DNA of 64,000 nucleotides from NCBI RefSeq assembly GCF_009914755.1, contig NC_060929.1. The stretch is one strand, 5' to 3'. This document shows positions 55,529-64,000 of the stretch, piece after piece (positions within the stretch are counted from its first letter, which is position 1; every line of letters starts with the position of its first letter). Below the pieces are notes generated by a model, which saw only the letters and a list, made by a program, of their open reading frames with translations, was not told the DNA's origin and made no database searches. The position numbers were made by a program, and so were the translations under genes. The stretch comes from the human T2T-CHM13v2.0 reference genome, Homo sapiens.

Positions 55529-58500
55529 AGAGGTAAACTTCTGTTGTTTAAGCCTCCTAGTTAATGGCATTTTGTTATAGCAGCCCAAGCCAACTGAGAA
55601 ACTGAACAATTCTTTAAACCCACCCAGACCTACAATCTATTGATCAACCACCTTTTTAACTTTTACTCGTCCAAAACATCTTCTTCTTCCCTTATCCAGC
55701 TCACATCAAACATTCAATTACCATAATTACTCATCTGCGTGCAACTTCATCTCCCTCACTTGTCTCTTGCTTGTTTCACCAATTTCCTCCTTCCATTCTT
55801 TCTTGGACCCATTTCCATCATGTTTTTGCCTCCACAACTTTATAGAAACTGTCTTTCTTCAGGTCACCATTCATCATCATCATCACCATCATCATCTTAA
55901 ATCTAATGGTCATTACCTGCCATGACCTATCAGCAGATTTCACAGGACTGATCCTCACTTTTTCCTCCAAAGACTTTGTTCTCTTGGCTTCCAGGATGCC
56001 TAATCTGCTTTGTTGTCCTCATATCTCTCTCAGTCTCCTTTGCTGGCTTTTCCAATATCCAGTCTCAAAGACTGGAGTTCCCCAGAGCTTATTTGTTGGA
56101 TTTCTTCTATTTTCATTCTACACTCACTCCCTAGTTGATCTCATTTGCCCTTATAGTTTTAAGTGCCCTCTATCTGCTGAGTGTTCTCCAACTCTCTCTT
56201 TATATCTCCAGCTCCAACTTTTTCCCATGCCCACATCTCCAATTAGCTTCTTGATTTTTCCCAGGACACTTAGTAGACATATCAAAATGTACTTGCTCAA
56301 AATGAGCTTCTAATATTTTGCCAAAATCAGCTCCTCCTGCAGCCTTCCCCCAATCTGTTAGTAGCTCCATTCTTCCAGTACACAAGTCAAAAACAGGTAG
56401 CTGTATTAGACAGCTTTTTTTCCTTCACATCCCCTGTCCAATCTGTCTGAAACTCGTTTATGTTCTACCGTCAACTTATAACCAGAGTTTGACCATTAAT
56501 CATATCTTGCCATGTACCTAGTTCATGCCACCATAATTTCTAGCCTGGTTTACTTCAGTAGCCTCCTATTTGATCTGATTTCATCCACCCTTTCTCCAAG
56601 GTAATCGATTTTCAGTACAGTATCAAGAGTAGTCTTATTAAAGCTACAGCAGACCAGGTCTTCCATTTACTCAGAACCCTCAAATGTCTTCACATCTAAT
56701 CAGAGTAACAACAAAATTCTTATCACCCACAAATTCATACCTTATCTGGCTCCCTATTACCTCTCTCACTTTTTCTTCAACTCTTCTCTTCCTTACTTGC
56801 TCACTTCAGCTATGAGGGCCCCTTGATGTTCCTTAGACATACTTGGCACTGTCCTATCTCAAGGACTTTGTGCTTGCTTTTCCACCTGCTAGAAAGCCTC
56901 TTATCCTAAGTATCTTCCTGGATGGTTCCCTCACTTCCTTTCTTCAAAGTCACATCTCAGGGAGGTCTTTCCTGGCCATCTTCTGGAAGTTTCAATGATG
57001 CTCCATATTTGCTTGTGTGCCACCCCAGATTGGGGCACTTGCCTTGCTTTGCATTGGAGCAACCCTGATAATGCTAGGCCATTCCCACAGCTATGGATCC
57101 AGGTTACCATCATTGCCATAGATTGAGGAACCCCCTGTGGCTCCCAGTCGCTCCTGTTGCTCGTGGTTACTGAGCATCAATGTCTTGCCTCTTGCCTTCC
57201 CCATGTATCTCTCCCTGAGACTTTCTTGCAGCCACTAAGTCAGAGACCAAAGGACCTAGCCAGTATCCCTGCAGACACAACCTGAAGCCATCAGTTCACC
57301 TCCTCTGCTCTCCATCTCCTCCCTAACACTCTGCTCAGTGACACAGCTGCTTTACATCCCTCTCAGAAGAGGTCCATCCACAAACCAACCAACAGTGGTG
57401 ACTTTGATAAAACGCCTTCTTATCTTTGCTTCCCTTTAGTATCAATATTATATTCCAAAAGTACCACTCTTAATATGTTGCTCTCCTGGTTTAAAACCCT
57501 CCCACAGTTCCCCCTTGCCTGCAGAATAAACCAGCATGTCCTTAAAGTGCCACTGAAATTTGGCAATAATCTCCAGTCTTTTCTTTTACTTGCCCTATAT
57601 TCCAGCCAAAATAAACCAGTCACTATTCCTACACCATATCCATAAGTTTTCTAGCAGTGTTTCTTGTTTCATAATTTTATATCTTCCAGAAGAATCCTAA
57701 GACCCTCATTTCTTCTGATAAAATATTTCTATACTTTTCTGATCCAGATCAAATGCTCCTTCTTTTATGAAGACTTCCTTGATTCTCATTTCCCTGTGTG
57801 ATAACTTGTAATGTGTTTCCCAGTATTATCAGTTACCTACTCATTTAAATGTCTCTCTTAAATTCTAAGCTCCTTGAGGGTAAAGGCAGTATGATCTATC
57901 TCTACCACCTTTGCAGTACAAAGTTAAATTAGATGAACACATTATATTTGCTCAGAAATGTTAACTCTAATCAAACAGCACAGCAAGCTATCTGGTAACA
58001 CTCAGAGAGGCTGCGGTGTTCTACAGTTTGTGAGGCTCACGAATACTGCACAGAATCAGAAAAGAGCAAGAGGCCTGGGGTCAGGTTGATTGAGTTCTGA
58101 TGCTGCTATTTAACACCTCTGTGGTTTGCAGCAAATATTTTTTCCACAAGTCTCTGGTCCTTCCTAGGTTCTGCATAAAAATAACAGTGTCTACCACATA
58201 TGATTGTGTTGAGAATTGTGTACCATTTAAAATATCTGGCCCAGGACCCAAAACCTCATGTCCTGAGTTTGCATTCTAAACCTCCAAGGCCCGGGCCTCC
58301 CTGTGTTATTTCTGATGCAGCAGCCTTAGGTCTCACGGTCACAAGGACTATGACACTTGTAAGCTATTGGAAATGAAGCGTACCCTGCTGGTGAGACTAT
58401 GGGCTGTGTCTCTTCTCCACATCCTTAAGAGCCTCAGGCCAAAGGACTTACCAGCTATATCAAATGATGGCTTGGGCATGAAAAGCCCTTCTCATCTCTC

Positions 58501-59745
58501 CTCATTTAGTTCTACATAGAAACGTTATAGCTTAATATACTTGAAGCCGGAAAGAGAAGATGTGCCTTTTTAAACAATCAACTTAGCAGAGAGTGTGGAA
58601 AACAAAACCTCAAAGGAACTTCACAGTGTTTTTCATATTTATTTCCCTCACAATGGCTAAACAGTATTACAGAATTGTGCAGAATTTCTGAGACACAAAA
58701 AGAAACAGAATAATCCTAGCTCAGAGCATGAAGTAGGATGAAAAGGGGAAGGAATTATTTTCTTGTCTATAAAAAAATCACATTAGAACTTCTTGTGCTT
58801 CCAGTAATAATTTTAACATGCCGATATAAATGCATCCTGTCTTCAAGCTTGAGATTTTGTGTCATAGTAATAGAGGTTTAAACTGTGTTTATAATTATAT
58901 GAAATTGCATGGCTGGGAGTGGAAAAGAACTCAGGCAGACTTCATCAACAACACAGAAGAGGTGAAAACTCAGAAACAATGTATTAGAAATAAATACAAT
59001 CCCTTGTAAAATATAGCATTTCACACACAGAATCATAAACCCAGCCCACTGATAACATTAGCTATTAATGCCATGGCAAAGGAATTAATTTCGTTTTGAG
59101 TAAAAACATCACTTCTGTGACTAAACTTCAAAGATGTCATTTTAAATGAAGAGAACACTGTATTAAAGTAACTCAAGCTGACACTAAAATTTATTTCTCA
59201 AAACAAACATTTTACTGGAAGCCCATACATTTCCAAAATTACTTTGCTTTGTAAGAAAAGTGGCTGACCTTGAGATTATGCTACATTCACTCAAAAAACC
59301 TGAAGTTGTTGCCCATGAATAATGTTTAAGTAGAGAGGGAATCCTAAACACATATTTTTATTATATTACACTTACACATACACATATATATGTACTTGCA
59401 TATACAAATATATTTTTACATATGTGTATGTGTAGGTATATTTACACCTAAGACTCCCTCAACCATTGACTGATACCACACAATTTATGTTCTATTTATC
59501 TTAGAACGTCAGCATTTGGTTCAGTACCTTGAATGTAGTAAGTGATCCATAAATTTGTTCTGTTGACCTGCAATCTTTACAGGTTGAGTTGCCTCTAGGG
59601 ATTTAACAGATTCAAATATGTCAAATGTCTTAATGAAATAAGGTCAGAAATTTAGAAAGCTGACCATACCAAGTAGACAAGTATTCTATTATTACATTTC
59701 TCAAAAGAACAAAATCTTATCAGAGAGGTGGGTAAAAAGAGATTC

Positions 59746-59930
59746 TTTTTTTTTTAATTTATTATTATTATACTTTAAGTTTTAGGGTACATGTGCACAA
59801 TATGCAGGTTAGTTACATATGTATACATGTGCCATGCTGGTGCGCTGCACCCACTAACTCGTCATCTAGCATTAGGTATATCTCCCAATGCTATCCCTCC
59901 CCGCTCCCCCCACCCCACAACAGTCTCCAG
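59746..59930 (-). mobile_element. Short young L1PA2/3 3' end (GAG/A)
   Basis: T tract, tatactttaagttttagggtacatg...cccactaactcgtcatctagc...ccccacaacagtc. Confidence 0.93.
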
Positions 59931-62679
59931 CATAAGCATGGTTCTCATCTACCAATTCTTCATCGAATGAAGACCAGCAACCAGAAAGTATGATTTTTGT
60001 TCTCTGAAGATAATCTAGATTAATTGTTGAGGAAACAAAGAGACAGAAGCCACATACTGAGGCCTTTGGTCAGTGTGCTGAGACCTGGAACAGGGAATCC
60101 AGGGGGACAGCAACAGCAGTGATCCCTCCACTGACTGGCAGAAGAGGACTCCCAGGTGTAGTCACATTAGTGAATGGTTATGCAAGCAAAATATTAATTC
60201 ATGGTTCCATTTTTGCATATCTACTATGTTCCCTATGGAATGTATTTGTAAACAAAATAGGCAAAAATCTGTCATTAGACTCTCTTGGGGAGAGATAGAC
60301 AATGAAATGTAAACAATAAATAATTATATAGTGAGTTTGGAGGTGGTGGTTTCTATGGCAAATAGAGCTGGGAAAGTAGAACCAGAAGGGCAGAGGGTGA
60401 TTGCAAATGTCAATAGTGTGGCCAAGTCAATCTGCAGAAGGCAACCCATGGGACAAGCACATAAAAGTTCTAGGGATGAACACATCTAGAGATGAACTTA
60501 AGCCCTAAAGGAAAACTATTAACTAGAAGAGAGATGACCATTTGTACCTAGACATACAAGCATAGGTGGAGGAAATAAACAGGAATAGAAGAAATAGAGA
60601 AGAAAATAGAGAGTACTGTAATAGTGAGGCTCAGAGCTGGGTCTTCCTAAACAAAGAGCTTTCTTGGGTTGAACGTCATAAAGGGGGTGGTTAAATAGTT
60701 CTGTATTTCCCCCAATCAAGCTCCCAAGACAGAGGACAAGGCACTGCAGGGGCCACCTGGAACTTTCCTTTGTCTTATACTTGCACTATTAATTGAACGC
60801 TTTGAAAAGTATTGCTGGGCTGACTAATGAATATTTCAGGAAGCCCAGATATATCTGTGCATTACAGTAATTAAAAGAGGAGGAATAAAACACATATTCA
60901 TCAGAAAATTAATATTGCTGAAGGCTGATTCTTCTGAAGAAATGCCAGGTGACCTTGGGGCCTAAGGGTTTCAGGCCCCTGGGCTTCAGTGGATTTTTTA
61001 TACATTTTCATCTGTGTCCTTGGGAGCAAGCAGGAGTACACCACCTCATTCAGCCCTGCCTCGGTCAGCGTTCTCCAGCACTGCTCTATCAGCATTCAGA
61101 CTTTCATTCCGTGCCGAACGTTGTAACATTCAATGACAGTGCATGGTGATCCCTAGCAGTTACTGTTTTTAATTGTCAGTGTTGTCACCACAGAGAAGGC
61201 AAGAAGATGAAGACAGCGTCTGAGAGGACCTGGAATCTAAATCTTGTTTGTGAGGCTCACTTAAGACTACCTACAAAATCACAAGGGCTGACAGATAAAA
61301 TGAAGGAAGGGTATATGCTGAGGTTGCTCTTAATTTTTGACTAGCCACTTTCAGGAGCTAAGGGACAGATATGCAAATAGTATCAGACAGCTGACTCACA
61401 TGTAATGCATTTGAGGAAGGAATGAATTTTCAGAGCTCATCTCTAAGTGGAAAGTTAAGACACAGATCCATTCTTGATGTATCACAGTCCAATGAGAGAG
61501 TTAAGAGTTAACATGCACATATGAGTACAAAAATGATTATAAAGCTACGAAGAACACAACATGATGTGTACAGAGAACATCTTCAGATCATAAATGGAGA
61601 AAGCTGTAACCTGATGAAGGACAAGGGAGATAAAATAATCCCGATTCAGAAGATGGTCTTTACAGGGCTTCAAGAATAACTAATTCAGAAGATGGTCTTT
61701 AAAGGGCTTGAAGAATAACTAGTTCACAAGGCAAATAGAGGAGAAAATTCCAGACGTGTGTGTGTGTGTTTGTGTGCACGTGCGCGTGTGTGTGTTTAGA
61801 ATGAAGTGGGAAGGTTGCAAGTACAAAGACCAGAAAATATATGACTAGAGAAAAGTTAAAGGGTTTGGTAAAATCATTTTCTATGCTTAATCTTGTTTCA
61901 TATGTATTATATAAAGGGTTTTGCATATATAGGTGTTTACAATTTATTTTTAAACCATTAAAATATTTTCATGAATGTTTAAAGACATTTCATTCAACTG
62001 TTAATAACATGTTTCTCCAAAGTGAGTAAACTTGCAGAATTTGGGACAATGTTTAGCACTGAAGATTTCTATCTCAGAGAGCCCTAGCTAGTTATAGAAT
62101 GAACTCTGCTCCAGTCTATCTTGTCTCCCACTTAGTCTGGTTGATAAAGGCAAGACATCAATCAGGAAAGAGCATAACTATCTAGTGCTTTAGGGAGAAA
62201 TATGGACACCTTAGCAAGAACATGAAACTGTTATGGAATAATTTGAGTTTGGATGAACATAGATCAAAAACATAACTTCTTGGAAAATGTCACTGTCATA
62301 GAAATCAGACCTTACACTGAAGGGATGTAGTTTCCTTAAAAGTTTCGAACTTGATTCCTTTTAACAAACACTAAAATGTTAAACATACCCTTAAAAGCCA
62401 TGATATTTAAATGCACAAAATCTAAATGTTCAATAAAAACAAATTTTAGTTACATAAATACATGCGTGACACATCCAACTGCTCTGTCAACATTCTCTTT
62501 CTCTGTAAATGGTACCAACATTCATCCTGTTAATCAAGGTGACCTCCAACAGTGCTGAATCATAGCTCTTCCTCCTATAACCCTCTTTCCTCCAGCAAAA
62601 ATCTTTCCTCCTTTCCATTCCTTTTCATAGCTCATCCCCAAATAAGCAAAGTATGTAGCTGATATGGAAGACAGGTGGC

Positions 62680-63205
62680 TAAAAGCTGTGTTTCTGGATA
62701 GTGTAGATGGGGACTTCAATCTTGATCTGCTACTCACCTGCCATACGACCTTGAAAATGACTAATTCACCCTTCTGAGTCTTTTTTTTTATTTCTTGAAA
62801 TGCGGTTTCACTCTGTCACCAAGGCTGGAGTGCAGTGGCACAATCTCAGCTCACTGCAACCTTGTCTCCCAGGTTCAAGTGATCCTCCCACCTCAGCCTC
62901 CCAAGTATCTGGGATTACAGGCATGCACCACCACACCTGGCTAATTTTTGTATTTTTAGTAGAAACCAGGTTTCATCATGTTGGCCAGGCTGATCTCGAA
63001 CTCCTGACCTCAAGTAATATGCCCGCCTTGGCCTCCCAATGTTCTGGGATTTCAGGTGTGAGCCACCACGCTGGGCCACCCTTCTGAGTCTAAATGTGCT
63101 CATCTGAACTGGAGATAAAAATAAAACTTACTTCATACTTTTGTGATAATTAACTAAAATAACATACATAATGCATTTGGCAATGAAGTATTAAATAAAA
63201 TTTAA
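62680..63205 (+). mobile_element. MIR SINE split by Alu
   Basis: ctgctactcacctgccatacgaccttg...cttctgagtct [Alu] ctcatctgaactggagataaaaataaaacttacttcat. Confidence 0.65.
62782..63077 (-). mobile_element. Alu (AluS/J)
   Basis: Reverse Alu dimer; 14-bp TSD acccttctgagtct (62768-62781/63078-63091). Confidence 0.96.
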
Positions 63206-64000
63206 ATATTATTATTGAACTTATTATTACTACTAGATAATGGGCTAGCAGGGAGTCACAAAGAGCACATGTGAACTCATGTGAAAAAAATATTAAATAG
63301 GCTGCTCCATAATTGCATTGTAATATCTAAAAGCTACAGCAAAAATACATATTTATGTTTTCCTGCCTTCTGTACGAATAAAATGTTTTGACACCTAAAA
63401 ACAATTGACTTTTTAGGTTTGGGCAAGCAATTGAACACTACGTGACTGTCCAGACAATGCATGCCACTTTGCTTCATGTTTCACTGAACTTTCATTGACA
63501 TTTGTTTTAACATGGACCAAAGATGTATGAAGAAGGATAGAAGCAGACCCAGTTGGGAAGGCTGGGCATGAGTTCATAATGTGATATTTGCATGACACGG
63601 CATTACTTGTCCCTCACTTCTTGTCTGGAAAAAAAAAACCACCACAAAATGTAAACTACCAATGCATTCTTCTACTCCCAAAAAACCTATGCCTCCATCA
63701 GAGTTATCTCTCTAAAATGCAGAAAGAAATTTAATCCCCAATTGCAGATACATTCCCTGCCTCTGTAGAATTTAGCACAGCAACCAAGGCCATTCACCAG
63801 CCAATACTATGCCAGGCTAATCTATTGCTGTTTCTAATCGCAAATCCAAGACTCCAACCACCCCTTACTAATCAGAGCTCCCAATCGAGTGTGTCATACA
63901 ATCTCATATCATGGTTTATGCTTCTCAATCTATTGAAAATACCCAAAAAGACTGTTTCTTGACCTAGTAAAATCCACACCATCTTTCTCCTCCTCTGTAC

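Larger units (their letters stand above)
54238..55600 (+). mobile_element. MLT1A0-like MaLR LTR with nested L1PA and MLT2A
   Basis: ttatggactgaatgttt [L1] aaaattcatatcttgaag...gatgaggtcatgagggtggggcc...ttccagaaccatgaga [MLT2A] ttctgttgtttaagcc...ttatagcagccc. Confidence 0.8.
53600..57900 (+). mobile_element. L2 LINE fragments interrupted by MLT1A, L1PA and MLT2A
   Basis: CT-rich L2 phrases (actgaaacctggctctcc, ctcttggcttccaggatg, cctccctgcagccttcccc-like, aagctccttgaggg). Confidence 0.6.

Noticed and set aside
61040-61150. REST/RE1-like motif and miR-181-like aacattcaa
   Set aside because: RE1 half-sites are poorly matched and mis-spaced; no miRNA hairpin or full mature-sequence match

Overview
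Human (or great-ape) AT-rich intronic/intergenic DNA dominated by transposable elements. I recognise no host protein-coding gene. The only real coding sequences belong to a full-length young LINE-1 (L1HS pre-Ta type, ACG/G diagnostics, 23325-~29410, + strand). It has an intact ORF1 and ORF0 and an ORF2 broken by one nonsense codon. Its 16-bp target-site duplication encloses an extra ~140 bp of non-cognate sequence plus a second poly(A), i.e. a 3' transduction. It sits inside an old ERVL (LTR16-type) provirus remnant. Other notable structures are an Alu with a twin-priming-like 5' inversion, an older 5'-inverted L1PA, two same-family solo LTRs in inverted orientation, an ~87-bp VNTR with one TCF/LEF motif and one (CG)n(CA)n tract per unit, and a 122-bp tandem duplication copying an exon-like cassette. 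Repeat subfamily names come from my recollection of consensus sequences, not from a search, and boundaries of old repeats are approximate.
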